A DNA stretch of 64,000 bases from a virus. The stretch is taken from the IMG/VR virus record IMGVR_UViG_3300048110_000147, positions 1 to 64,000 of that record; one strand, 5' to 3'. Below the pieces are notes generated by a model. That model ran no database searches, was not told where the DNA came from, and was given only the letters and a program-made list of their open reading frames with translations. A program made the translations under genes and the position numbers. Shown in pieces: positions 9,319-19,194 of the stretch (within the stretch, counting starts at the first letter, position 1; the number at the start of each line of letters is the position of its first letter).

Positions 9319-10032
9319 TTACAAGCTTGCAATAAACTCGTTTACTTCTTCGATTTCTTCTGGCGCCAAGAATTGCTTGTGTACGCCAACAGAATCTAGA
9401 AGACCTTCGCTTACTCCGTCACGTAGACTACGGACTTCAGAATTATCTACAACCATATCGATACAACCTAGAGAAATTTCTCTCTTTGGCTCACCAAAAC
9501 TTTCTAGTTCTTGATTATCTTGACGTGGTAATAGGTGGTTAACTAATTCAGTCAATTGAGTGTGAGGTGATTGAACTAGCTCTTCGTATGACATTTCTAC
9601 ATCATATACGAACTTAGATGAATCTGCTTCGTATGCTGAAATCAATTCGAAACCTAGAGGACCGTCACGGAATTCATCCCATGATGATTCTGGTTCCCAA
9701 GTTTTCCATAGAGATACTAATACATCTTTGTAGTCTCTAGTAATTTTTAGAAGTTGGTTTGTTGCAACCGCCGCAGTCTCTTGACCTTCTATAATAAGAT
9801 CAGCAGTCAGTGTATCTCCGTCTGGTTTGTGACCCAGAGAAGTATGTATCAGTGGCTTGAAGATATGCTCATAGGCAGAGTTTGAAATTGAAAGGTTTGA
9901 GTCGTGGGTTTTTAGTTCTTGCTCATAACGAATGTACATACCGTACATATTTTGAACAAAGTCATGACCGGATGCAGCACTACCGACCATATAATGATCG
10001 TTTAGCGTTACAATACTAATTGGGTTTGGCAT
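9319..10032 (-). CDS. degenerate sulfotransferase-like protein
   Basis: ITRDYKDVLVSLW and SYEELVQSP resemble sulfotransferase motifs; PAPS loop not evident. Confidence 0.4.
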   Translation of the reverse strand: MPNPISIVTLNDHYMVGSAASGHDFVQNMYGMYIRYEQELKTHDSNLSISNSAYEHIFKPLIHTSLGHKPDGDTLTADLIIEGQETAAVATNQLLKITRDYKDVLVSLWKTWEPESSWDEFRDGPLGFELISAYEADSSKFVYDVEMSYEELVQSPHTQLTELVNHLLPRQDNQELESFGEPKREISLGCIDMVVDNSEVRSLRDGVSEGLLDSVGVHKQFLAPEEIEEVNEFIASL

Positions 10033-10065
10033 TTTATTATTCCTTATGGATTCTTTAGAATTATC

Positions 10066-10122
10066 CTTATCCGCACGTGCGAAGAGTAAATCGCTGGACT
10101 GGCCAGTCAAATACGGAATAAG
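10066..10122 (-). promoter_or_regulatory. structured 5' leader (three-way junction) after late promoter at 10129-10136
   Basis: CUUAUUCCGUA/UGCGGAUAAG stem enclosing GACU-GGCC-AGUC and GCGA/UCGC hairpins. Confidence 0.45.
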
Positions 10123-10170
10123 TCCTATTATTTATAAATTCCGACTCTCTAAAGAGTCGGTTTATTTAAA

Positions 10171-10374
10171 TTATTTTTGTTGTTGCCACATTGTCCATAG
10201 GCCGTACAGAACACCAGCGTATGCACCTAGAGTAATGATTGAATCAAATAGAATATAACTGGCACAAAGTGCAACGATAATCACACCGTCGTACGTGGTT
10301 CTTTCGCCTAATCGCGCTTGCAACCAAGTCTTTGCCATCATTACATAAAAAGATAGTTTTGAGAAATTGAACAT
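10171..10374 (-). CDS. small 2-TM membrane protein
   Basis: ERTTYDG followed by hydrophobic helices. Confidence 0.6.
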   Translation of the reverse strand: MFNFSKLSFYVMMAKTWLQARLGERTTYDGVIIVALCASYILFDSIITLGAYAGVLYGLWTMWQQQK

Positions 10375-10376
10375 AG

Positions 10377-11366
10377 TTAGTCCCTATAATCGTTAAGTGT
10401 AAAATTAGTTCCGTGCATCTTCATAAGATCACGTTCGTGGTTTGTATATACTAATACTTCAGGATCATCTACCAAAAAGTCACAGCTCTTACAGAAATCT
10501 GGGTAGTCTTCGGTACGGTGTTGCTCACGTAAAGTCTCATACTCTTCTCCAAAGAATATATCTAGTATGTTGTTCTCTGAGGCGTGACCTAATACTGCTT
10601 CTTCGTCCCGTCCTAAAACTTGACAACATGGGTGCACTGCACCCGTTTTCTTGTCTAGACCACCAGCACGTATCACTACGTCTGGAGAGAACGGTCGTCC
10701 ACAAGTCTTTTTCTTACCTTCACGTACACCAGATTCGGTGATATCTTGAACACCGGACCAGTTGTGCATTTTCCATATTTCAGTCTTGACGCCTAACTCA
10801 TCAACCAATGTCTTATACTTGTCTAGTTCTTGGTCGATATTGTCGTTGTCTGTTATTAGGTGATAGGTTGATATCACGCATTCTGAACCAGACTCTTTTA
10901 CATACGCAACCATCTCTTCGATGTTACGTCTAATCTGTGCGTAGTGTCCACCCACAGCATTGTACATCCACTTGGTGTAGTCTTGTTCGTCTGCACCAAT
11001 GAATGAAAACCGATAGAAGTCCAGGCCAGCATCGACACAGTCGCGCATGTATTTGCCCTGCATCTTGAATCCGTTAGAGAAGATGAAACATTTTGCTCCA
11101 TACTTCTTCACTACCTTGATATATTCAGGTAGGTTTTTTGCCATCGTCGCCTCACCAGAACCGTCTAGGTTGACAACATTTAATCCGTACTGAGCACAGT
11201 CCGCAACGTATCCTTCGAACTCATCGAGTTTCATGATACGACGGAACCCTTTATGTCGCCCACCTTCTCGTAAGTCTTGTGGACACATGGAACACGAGTA
11301 GTTACATCCCCCCGCTACCTCAATTACTGCACGGTCAATTTGAAATGTTTCTCTAGTCATTTCCAT
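10377..11366 (-). CDS. radical SAM/SPASM(twitch) domain protein
   Basis: CNYSCSMC; GSGEA; C-terminal CGRPF...PCC...LG...CKSC. Confidence 0.9.
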   Translation of the reverse strand: MEMTRETFQIDRAVIEVAGGCNYSCSMCPQDLREGGRHKGFRRIMKLDEFEGYVADCAQYGLNVVNLDGSGEATMAKNLPEYIKVVKKYGAKCFIFSNGFKMQGKYMRDCVDAGLDFYRFSFIGADEQDYTKWMYNAVGGHYAQIRRNIEEMVAYVKESGSECVISTYHLITDNDNIDQELDKYKTLVDELGVKTEIWKMHNWSGVQDITESGVREGKKKTCGRPFSPDVVIRAGGLDKKTGAVHPCCQVLGRDEEAVLGHASENNILDIFFGEEYETLREQHRTEDYPDFCKSCDFLVDDPEVLVYTNHERDLMKMHGTNFTLNDYRD

Positions 11367-12234
11367 AATAAGTCTTCATCCTCTCTTCATACTCTACTGA
11401 TTTTCGTTTAGTTTGATGTAGCAATTCTTCTATATTTTCTATCCACCACCAGACTCCCATTTCTTCTTTTGATACTTCTGGATTGAGTCTTAACGCATTC
11501 GGTGTATGGTATTTAGTCACGCCTTCACCACTGATTACTGCAAGTGGTCGGGCAAAGTTCTTCGCGACATAATGCCAAATACCGTCGTAACAAATCACCA
11601 TCCGTGATGTGGATATTAGATGCATTGCCTCAGACGCAGGCGTACGATATGATAACTCGTGCATGTTGAAACCAAGACTTCTGAAGTGGTTGATTAAATG
11701 GTCCCAGTCAGAGTTGTCAAAGATTCGTTTCCACGTCCTAGGTTTCTCTGCATTCCATGTAGGACGCCAGAATACGATTCGATCTGGGTCATAGTCTTGA
11801 AATGCGTCCTGTCGGAATATCCAATCATTACATGGAGCATCCCCTCCAACAGCATCGGTATAATGTCCCGACTCAAACTCAAAACGAGCCTTGTGTCCGT
11901 GTGCATTTATCGCTGCAATCCTACGTTCACCGTTTGATTCTAAAACAACATCATCATTAAACTTCCAGTGTTTGTATCGACCTTGAGCATTGAAGATGTG
12001 ATGTATTTCTACACGTTCTTTCTGGTGATAGAAGTTGTGTATATAGTCACATCGCTCGATGATCGTTTCTGGATCTTCGAAGTGATGAAGATATTTTGGT
12101 CCATGTTCCCAATGTAGTTCCAGATTAATCTTATCGATATCGTGGTCGGCTGCATATCTGTGACACGAATTAAGTGCCCACATAAAATCACCGACGCCTG
12201 GGGTACCGCGCCAGGTCACGAGTTCGGATGCCAT
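11353..12234 (-). CDS. GT-B glycosyltransferase (GT9-like)
   Basis: GVGDFMWAL; ISTSRMVICYDGIWHYVA resembles GT9 DSG..H.A. Confidence 0.55.
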   Translation of the reverse strand: MASELVTWRGTPGVGDFMWALNSCHRYAADHDIDKINLELHWEHGPKYLHHFEDPETIIERCDYIHNFYHQKERVEIHHIFNAQGRYKHWKFNDDVVLESNGERRIAAINAHGHKARFEFESGHYTDAVGGDAPCNDWIFRQDAFQDYDPDRIVFWRPTWNAEKPRTWKRIFDNSDWDHLINHFRSLGFNMHELSYRTPASEAMHLISTSRMVICYDGIWHYVAKNFARPLAVISGEGVTKYHTPNALRLNPEVSKEEMGVWWWIENIEELLHQTKRKSVEYEERMKTYYGND

Positions 12235-13169
12235 TACTTTATCTCAGGACCTTGGTAGTCTTCATTTAAGAATACCCAAAAGTTTTCGTCTGAGTTAGTG
12301 ACGAATGAGTTTAACCAATCATCAACATCACCTTGAAACGTTGAATACATACTTTGCCTTGAATTATGTTCGAACCAGTAAACCTCTGAGTCGCTGGTGA
12401 CGCCGGTACCGATATTTCCTTCGTAACTTCCACCTAAACTTGAGGCATATTCTAACCATTCACCACACACCTTTTCTATGGCGTCACGATGTTTTCGAGG
12501 GATATCAATAGTACACGTATCTTTTTTCCAATCGGAACAGTCTACGAGTTGTTTGTATCCGCCTCCGTCTCCGTAAATTCCTTGTATAGAATTGATGTCA
12601 TAAGTTCCGTTAGTTATCCTAAACTGACAATAACCCTCCACTTCAAAATCTACTGCCTTCTCGACAAATGCTGGACACTTAATACCTTCATCATGTTGTA
12701 ATGTGGCATTATGATATTTTAAGTCAGTGTCCGGTGTTACTTTCCAAGCTTGACAGAAAGTATCGTTTCCTTTTGATTTAAGGAATGTTTTATAAGGGAA
12801 GTAAACCATTTCATCTAGGTTACATTCCAAGACTACTGGTGGAAAAAGAAAATCAAAACCCAAGGCCTCTGCTTGTTGTCGGGTCTCCCACTTCTGCATC
12901 TCTAACCTTGAACTCGCAATCGTGTTTCCAAAATAAGTGTAACTATTAGACGGGGGTAGTAAAAGTCCAGCCATATTGTTTACCACTACGTCCGGTGCAA
13001 ATTTTCTTATTTCTTCTTGTACCCACCTTACTACTCCCTTTCCTCCATAATACACGTTGCGGTCAGGGCAACTGTGTTGAGTTATTAATTTATACTCATA
13101 GTTCTTTTCTTTTATCGCAGGCAAAAGAGTCTCATATGTCTCAGTTAATGCAATTAATAAAATTTTCAT
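12234..13169 (-). CDS. ATP-grasp-fold ligase-like protein
   Basis: SRLEMQKWE (PurD-like), FVEKAV, YWFEHNSR resembles ExNxR. Confidence 0.5.
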   Translation of the reverse strand: MKILLIALTETYETLLPAIKEKNYEYKLITQHSCPDRNVYYGGKGVVRWVQEEIRKFAPDVVVNNMAGLLLPPSNSYTYFGNTIASSRLEMQKWETRQQAEALGFDFLFPPVVLECNLDEMVYFPYKTFLKSKGNDTFCQAWKVTPDTDLKYHNATLQHDEGIKCPAFVEKAVDFEVEGYCQFRITNGTYDINSIQGIYGDGGGYKQLVDCSDWKKDTCTIDIPRKHRDAIEKVCGEWLEYASSLGGSYEGNIGTGVTSDSEVYWFEHNSRQSMYSTFQGDVDDWLNSFVTNSDENFWVFLNEDYQGPEIK

Positions 13170-13522
13170 TAACTAGTCTTAATACTCTTGACTTTACGTG
13201 CCGAACCTGTAGATGTGTATAGACCGAACCATGCAGCACCCGCACCAACCACTACAGATATAAGACCTGCCTGTGATGCATTTGGTTCAGGTATCGTCAT
13301 GAACCACTGAGTGACTTCGATGAGTAGGTACAGATAGGTACCAATGAATGCTCGCGGGAAAAGTCGATATGCATCGATTACATCCGCGAACTGTAACAAC
13401 CCTTCAAACTTACTTGCTTTGACTTCTTTGTTCGACGTATCGAATTCTACTTCAAGCTCAATCTTCTGTTTGAATGGTTTTGCTTCTGGAGTTGGTGTGA
13501 CTACTGTTTGTTCTGAAAACAT
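13169..13522 (-). CDS. 2-TM membrane protein (holin-like)
   Basis: RLFPRAF...AAWFGLY hydrophobic segments. Confidence 0.55.
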   Translation of the reverse strand: MFSEQTVVTPTPEAKPFKQKIELEVEFDTSNKEVKASKFEGLLQFADVIDAYRLFPRAFIGTYLYLLIEVTQWFMTIPEPNASQAGLISVVVGAGAAWFGLYTSTGSARKVKSIKTS

Positions 13523-13527
13523 GTTAA

Positions 13528-13842
13528 TTACCTAAACCTCTTTTGTAACCATTTAAATATTGCATATATGGTCAATCCATAAAATGCTAATACGCTCATT
13601 GGTAATGCTATATATGCAAGTTCCCAAGGAGATAGAAATAGAACCTGCCATGTAAATTCGGCAACCGCCTGTGCATCACTTTGTCGTGCGACTGTGTTAT
13701 TTACGGAATCCCATGCTAACTGGTTTTCATCTACTAAACTTTCCCATGTTTCCATAGGAATGCATACAAGGTCGGGTGGACATATGTCGTCCTCATATAC
13801 TGTTCCAATAGGGTTACCATATATGTCTAGGTCTGCCATCAC
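13528..13842 (-). CDS. hypothetical membrane protein
   Basis: C-terminal TM helix. Confidence 0.55.
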   Translation of the reverse strand: MMADLDIYGNPIGTVYEDDICPPDLVCIPMETWESLVDENQLAWDSVNNTVARQSDAQAVAEFTWQVLFLSPWELAYIALPMSVLAFYGLTIYAIFKWLQKRFR

Positions 13843-14000
13843 TTCACCTTGAAATCTTGCGGGTCACCATTTATTATATCTTTTGCCTTGTGTTCCCAAA
13901 TATTAGGAAATAGGCCATGAACTATGCAAACGAACGCAAGTGACCACGCTCTGTACAAATGTTCAAAATAATTCAGACCTATCTCCCGTAGATGTCCCAT
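13839..14000 (-). CDS. small membrane protein (53 aa, not in ORF track)
   Basis: MGHLREIGLNYFEH...IVHGLFP; fills gap exactly. Confidence 0.55.
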   Translation of the reverse strand: MGHLREIGLNYFEHLYRAWSLAFVCIVHGLFPNIWEHKAKDIINGDPQDFKVK

Positions 14001-14001
14001 A

Positions 14002-15510
14002 TCAGAACACTTTCACTTCGTACTTTTGCTCCCATAATTGGGCGTCTAGTTCGTCATTAACCATTGGCCGCCCTCTTATGTTGAGACTGGTATTTAGTAA
14101 CATCGGAACACCAGTTCTATCATGGTATTCTTCAATTACCTTTCGAAAGATTGATTCGCAATCCTTCTTCACGATTTGAACACGTGCAGTTCCGTCTACG
14201 TGTGTTACTGGGGCATAGTCATGCTTTGCCCATGAGGTGAACTGCATATGCTCATTCATTGGTCCGTCGAAGTATTCCTCCGCATATTCCTCTAGGATAG
14301 CAGGTGCGAACGGACGATACTTCTGTCGTCTTTTAATTGTGTTAACAGTGTCTTGTACGTCGTATCTTACATCAGCAATAAGGGAGCGGTTGCCAAGAGC
14401 ACGAGGACCGAACTCAGCCCGTCCACTAGCAATTCCACAATAGCGATGTTCAAGTAAATGATCGACGATACTGCTAGGATTAACATCCCTTTCGATATTA
14501 TGCCCCGCATAAGGACTCCATATTAATTTGTCTTTTCCGGTTGCCTTTGCCCATGATCGGGCTGCTGTCCCCAAACCAGACCCCGCGTCGGTCGGAGATA
14601 CTGCAATATGTACCTCATCAAACAGTTCAAATAATCTGGAGTTGATCACAACGTTTTGTGCACACCCGCCAGAATAACATAACTTATTACCGTATTTAGA
14701 CGCTTCGCGCATTATACCCATGATCGCATAATCAGCAAAGTCTTGGGTTGCTCGTGCAGCGACTTTATCTTCTACAGATAGAATACGTCGTTTGAATTCT
14801 CGCCGGAACTTTTTACGATCTTGTTCACGTTTAGATTCTGGGGCGCCTACTGCAATACCTAGAGAAACTTCCGGAGCGATGTCAGACAGGTTTTCGTACC
14901 ATCGAATCAACCAATCGGTGATTGCGCTTGACTTAGGACACGTTTCATGGTACGCAGACAACCCCATTACCACGTACTCATCTTCGAGTGGACGTAGACC
15001 TAGGAACTTAGTTGTGAGGGTATAGACTAGACCTACCGACTTAGGGTAGTGCCATTCTTTGATTAGATTGAACTTGTGATCCATGATGCAGGCGGTCTGC
15101 AACTCACCAACACCATCGATAGAGACTAGGACAGTATCTTCAGATGAATCCCACGGACGCGTGTAGAACGCAGAGGCGCAGTGTGACTCGTGGTGTAGAT
15201 GGTGTGCGTCGTAGACTGACGCTTCTGGATAAGGAAACTTCTCGAATGCCTCAGATTTTTGAATCGTCTCTGGAGTTCTACCCGTTGCATCAACTCCGCC
15301 ACGCATATCAAACTTGATACCGTGATCTTCATAAAAAGACACATGGTCATCATCATTTATCATGTCCCAGAGTACATCGGGAATATTCGGGTCGTTTTTC
15401 TTTTTGGAGTAACGTTCGCCATGAGTCGCGAACTCTACTGTACCATCTTCATTGATGATAGCAAATCCTGAGTCGTGATAAAATTCACTGTAACCTACAT
15501 ATCTCATCAT
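14002..15510 (-). CDS. carbamoyltransferase (NodU/CmcH/TobZ family)
   Basis: HDSG, ERYSKKK, HHESH, DGVGE, SGGCAQN, GRAEFGPRALGNRS, LNTSLN. Confidence 0.93.
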   Translation of the reverse strand: MMRYVGYSEFYHDSGFAIINEDGTVEFATHGERYSKKKNDPNIPDVLWDMINDDDHVSFYEDHGIKFDMRGGVDATGRTPETIQKSEAFEKFPYPEASVYDAHHLHHESHCASAFYTRPWDSSEDTVLVSIDGVGELQTACIMDHKFNLIKEWHYPKSVGLVYTLTTKFLGLRPLEDEYVVMGLSAYHETCPKSSAITDWLIRWYENLSDIAPEVSLGIAVGAPESKREQDRKKFRREFKRRILSVEDKVAARATQDFADYAIMGIMREASKYGNKLCYSGGCAQNVVINSRLFELFDEVHIAVSPTDAGSGLGTAARSWAKATGKDKLIWSPYAGHNIERDVNPSSIVDHLLEHRYCGIASGRAEFGPRALGNRSLIADVRYDVQDTVNTIKRRQKYRPFAPAILEEYAEEYFDGPMNEHMQFTSWAKHDYAPVTHVDGTARVQIVKKDCESIFRKVIEEYHDRTGVPMLLNTSLNIRGRPMVNDELDAQLWEQKYEVKVF

Positions 15511-15536
15511 TCACCTGTATTGTCAGATTAAATAGT

Positions 15537-15572
15537 TATTTATATAAAAAAAAGGGGGACCGAAGTCCCCCG
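15537..15572 (-). terminator. cUUCGg terminator followed by late promoter TATAAATA
   Basis: GGGGGACTTCGGTCCCCCTTTTTTT then TATAAATA at 15537-15544. Confidence 0.85.
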
Positions 15573-15592
15573 ACATGCTACCTTGAGCGGGA

Positions 15593-16168
15593 TTAAATTC
15601 CTGTTATGTACTCGTATATATCTTTCCAGTTACGCATACGTGGGAAGTCACAATCGGTGTTATAGTCATGTTCGATCACAAGTGACTCAAGACCAACCTT
15701 TGCACCAGCGATGGCGTTCTCTACTTTATCTTCTATCCAGATACATCCAGTACCGTGATAGAATTCTAGCTCTTCGTCTTTGTCTGCGCCTGTATCGAGA
15801 TAGACGTACTTCTCAAACACAGTCGGACCAAACATCTCACACAGATTCTTGGTACGTAGGTGTTGTGCGTATTCATCGTTACTTAAAGAAGTGATTGCGT
15901 GGAATACGTAACCTTGTTCTTCGTGTAACTTTCGAACATACTTGATGGCATCTCGCAATGGAGGCAGTTTACGAATAGTTGCACTCTCATTGAACATGCG
16001 ACAGAGTCGTCGCTTCTCATTACGTTCTAGACCGTACATGACACCTACGTCGTATACGTCTGGATTCTTCATGATGTACCCGTGGCGTTTCATCCACTGC
16101 TTAAATCCGTACATCCAGTCTAGTAGAACACCATCACAATCTACTAGTATGACTTTATCTCTCATCAC
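15593..16168 (-). CDS. HAD-family 5'(3')-nucleotidase-like phosphatase
   Basis: DCDGVLLDW motif I; WIEDK motif IV; YN. Confidence 0.8.
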   Translation of the reverse strand: MMRDKVILVDCDGVLLDWMYGFKQWMKRHGYIMKNPDVYDVGVMYGLERNEKRRLCRMFNESATIRKLPPLRDAIKYVRKLHEEQGYVFHAITSLSNDEYAQHLRTKNLCEMFGPTVFEKYVYLDTGADKDEELEFYHGTGCIWIEDKVENAIAGAKVGLESLVIEHDYNTDCDFPRMRNWKDIYEYITGI

Positions 16169-16359
16169 CCCTCCGTTAGAAACTGGACATCTCCAGTTCC
16201 ACCTTGCCTAATATCATTTAAAATCTCAAACACTTGACCTGAAGTAAACCCATAATCAGCAAGGGCGACTTGAATACCTCCCCAATCTGGATTGCCAGAA
16301 GGGTGTTGATAGATGTAATGATAAACTAAATCTTCTACTAACTGTTTACTTGCTCGCAT
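16165..16359 (-). CDS. hypothetical early protein
   Basis: GGAGG RBS; promoter at 16386-16414. Confidence 0.55.
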   Translation of the reverse strand: MRASKQLVEDLVYHYIYQHPSGNPDWGGIQVALADYGFTSGQVFEILNDIRQGGTGDVQFLTEG

Positions 16360-16432
16360 AAAAAAACCTCCCACATTGAATAGATATTATAACAATATAT
16401 GAGAGGTCTGTCAATACTTATTTTGAAAATAT

Positions 16433-17278
16433 TTACGGAAATAGTGCTCTTGTGAATTTGGAAGTCTTATAACGATTGTCATTCCAATGCTTTACCATAT
16501 CGACTTTCCACTCACCACCAGTGTAGTGACAGAACTTTGCGTTATCAAAGAACTCTTGTTCGGTCTCATAGTGAGGAGAATCATTCCAAGTGGTGTCGAT
16601 AGTCTCTACATCAAACTCATGTTTCATCAACTGTGCAGAGATGTAAGGCTGATCGTTCATGATAGACATATGGAAGTCACCAGTGTAGCACCAGTCTTCC
16701 CACGCCATGAACAGTTCACGTGCACGTAGACGCGCCTCCTTGGACCACAGGACCACCCCTGTATTCATAATGGTTAGTTTAGATGGTCGGTTAGGTGGCA
16801 TTACAGGGACGATAGGACAGTCATGCATCTCGAACTTGCGACAGAAGTCTCGATAGTTATCGTCTTTGTAATCCCATGAATTGTACCCACCACCATTGGC
16901 GGTAACGAAGTCTGACTCTAGGACACCGTAGACTTCGGCACCAGACTCCATCTGATCAAAGATATTTTCTTCAGTGTTGACTACAATGTCTGTGTCAACG
17001 AATAATAGGTTGTCGTATTGATCGAACATAGGATCTAGCCATACACGTGCGCATTCATGCAGCAACGATGTAGAACAACCATGACCTTTGGTTGCAACTC
17101 GTTCATCTGAGTAAACGTGTTCTGCACCAATCTTCTTTGCGTATTGTTCGAATGATGTACGGGATATATCCGCAACTTCTTTATAGAGGGAAGAACGCGA
17201 ACCGTCCCAGCCCGGAATATCACCGCGAGCATCTACTGCGTCACTCACGATCATATATTGAAAAATCACATTAGACAT
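16433..17278 (-). CDS. GT-A glycosyltransferase (GT8/GT34-like)
   Basis: FVDTD (DxD), NTGV, NDQ, HYTG. Confidence 0.75.
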   Translation of the reverse strand: MSNVIFQYMIVSDAVDARGDIPGWDGSRSSLYKEVADISRTSFEQYAKKIGAEHVYSDERVATKGHGCSTSLLHECARVWLDPMFDQYDNLLFVDTDIVVNTEENIFDQMESGAEVYGVLESDFVTANGGGYNSWDYKDDNYRDFCRKFEMHDCPIVPVMPPNRPSKLTIMNTGVVLWSKEARLRARELFMAWEDWCYTGDFHMSIMNDQPYISAQLMKHEFDVETIDTTWNDSPHYETEQEFFDNAKFCHYTGGEWKVDMVKHWNDNRYKTSKFTRALFP

Positions 17279-17765
17279 TCTCTAACCTTGTCATCAAGCG
17301 TTCTGCTCGATTTGTCACTTGTCGATACCATTTCGAATCACGGCCTTCAACTGCCGCGTTCACCCAATCCTCATTTTGTAAATGAAGATACATGTTCTTG
17401 AACTTACTTAGTCTTGGTCTACCTAGGTTAAACATCATGTTAACCAAGATTTGCTGTACCTCATCTGGCCAACAGTGGAACCCGTCTCCGTATAGTACAG
17501 CACATTCGTAGATTGCGACGTTGAGGTCGTGGTCGAATGCCTCGCTAACTCTTTCGGGGGAAATTTTCGTTCCGACTGAAGCGCCGTACTCGCCGTCACT
17601 TTCCTTGATGAGATGCCCAACACCGAACGTGGGATAGTTGAGATGGTCGAGGTAAATCTCATAGACGACTCCTTCGTCAATCTTTAATTGTTCGAATACT
17701 GCTTCTCTGTTCATAATCGGTTTCACTTTAGGTTTGCACCATAGTTTACGAATTAGTTCTATCAT
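17271..17765 (-). CDS. e: T4-type lysozyme (GH24)
   Basis: DEG...YLDHLNYPTFGVGHL; NMMFNLG; SKWYRQV.NRA.RL. Confidence 0.9.
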   Translation of the reverse strand: MIELIRKLWCKPKVKPIMNREAVFEQLKIDEGVVYEIYLDHLNYPTFGVGHLIKESDGEYGASVGTKISPERVSEAFDHDLNVAIYECAVLYGDGFHCWPDEVQQILVNMMFNLGRPRLSKFKNMYLHLQNEDWVNAAVEGRDSKWYRQVTNRAERLMTRLENV

Positions 17766-17956
17766 AACTTGATGGCAAGTACCACCAAGATAGCTGCCAA
17801 CAAAATATTAGTTGTCAAAATTTCAATAGCAAGTATAGTATGATACCATACCCACCTTGTTTTATATGCATTTGCTACAGTTACTTCGTCAGGATTTGGG
17901 TCTCCAACTGGGTCGGCCGACGATGGACCTGAACCCAACCATTTAAAAAAATTCAT
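17762..17956 (-). CDS. small membrane protein
   Basis: C-terminal TM; ATGA overlap with lysozyme. Confidence 0.55.
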   Translation of the reverse strand: MNFFKWLGSGPSSADPVGDPNPDEVTVANAYKTRWVWYHTILAIEILTTNILLAAILVVLAIKL

Positions 17957-17960
17957 ACTA

Positions 17961-18203
17961 CTAAACCTTTATTGTGCTTTGTACCCCTGCATTCTTCTTG
18001 ATTGCAGTTAGTTTATTCTCCCATTCCTTTCCTGCTATTCGCATGGTTGACTTAACACCCGTCACCATTTTAGGTGCTGATGAAGGTGGAAAGTAACGCA
18101 CCCATTCGGGATTGTCAATTAACCATTGGTCGTACTCAGAAATCCGGAGAGACAATTCCTTGCACTCTCCGGTTTCCTTATTCTTGAAATCATACTGTGG
18201 CAT
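17961..18203 (-). CDS. FmdB-like (degenerate zinc-ribbon) T4-like protein
   Basis: MPQYDFKNKETGE...YDQW..DNP. Confidence 0.55.
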   Translation of the reverse strand: MPQYDFKNKETGECKELSLRISEYDQWLIDNPEWVRYFPPSSAPKMVTGVKSTMRIAGKEWENKLTAIKKNAGVQSTIKV

Positions 18204-18489
18204 AATATATCCATTCCAAATCTTTTTCAATCACTACGACAGGCATCTCACAAAATGCACCTGAAGAGATAATCACCCCCTTATCGAGAAAGTTGTTGAG
18301 TAGACGCATTTAGTATCGTATAATACTGATTAAGACTTTTCGTTTGATAATTCGAATTGCCTTGAGAATATATTGCTTGGCGTCTGGTATCGTGCACGAA
18401 CTTTTGTAATTCGTTAATTTGGTTCAACTGCTTTTCTTGACTCGACATTGTGAATTCTCCTTAGAAGTTATAGTTAATTGTCGAAAAGA

Positions 18490-18921
18490 TTACTCGCTTA
18501 TCAGATTTGGAAATGCCTCCTGTACTAGTTTTTTGGTTATGTAACGACAAGGTGGTTTCTTTGCCACCATTTTCAGAACGTACTCAGCATCCTCCGGATG
18601 AACGGATTCTAGAAGCTGGACGAATTGATTCTCGCGTTTAAACGCTGGGGTATTTTCACCCTTACCTCCCTTCACGAAGTTTCCAAATTGCTTGTGCTGC
18701 TTCGTTAGGGTAGAGGGTGCCGACTCCGGTCTGTTCGGAGTGAAAGGTGGGCGTCCTGCTGGAAGTAAAAATTCCAAAGAATCGTCGAAGGAACCCCGAA
18801 GGATATCTTTGAACGCCCAGTTGTCTTCATATTTTTTCAAAACATCTAATCGGGCTTCACGGGAATCTGCTTCTTTGTATTCCTCGAACACCTCAAAGAC
18901 TTCTTTACGAAACGTAATCAT
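18490..18921 (-). CDS. conserved T4-like hypothetical protein
   Basis: FD....FLLP.G.PPF...KRE..F.QLLE.VHP.DAE. Confidence 0.75.
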   Translation of the reverse strand: MITFRKEVFEVFEEYKEADSREARLDVLKKYEDNWAFKDILRGSFDDSLEFLLPAGRPPFTPNRPESAPSTLTKQHKQFGNFVKGGKGENTPAFKRENQFVQLLESVHPEDAEYVLKMVAKKPPCRYITKKLVQEAFPNLISE

Positions 18922-18924
18922 TAC

Positions 18925-19194
18925 TTACACCTTATCAATTTTGTAACACACATAAGTTTTTTTCATTATGATGATGTCTTCTTTGAACTGACATCTCCAA
19001 ACAAGATCTCTTAATACTTGCTCATGGTTGTTTATCTTAATTCTACTTCTTCTGAGCTCGTTATCTTTCTGACTGATTTGGAACTCTTTTATTTGTACTA
19101 CCTTTATATATTCATCAATTATAACTGCTGTGCTGCCAATCCAGAGTAAAGAGCACAGCAGGGCGGTTATCGCCACTGAGTGAAAGGTACTCAT
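18925..19194 (-). CDS. hypothetical membrane-anchored protein
   Basis: N-terminal TM plus coiled coil; late promoter at 19218-19225. Confidence 0.55.
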   Translation of the reverse strand: MSTFHSVAITALLCSLLWIGSTAVIIDEYIKVVQIKEFQISQKDNELRRSRIKINNHEQVLRDLVWRCQFKEDIIIMKKTYVCYKIDKV

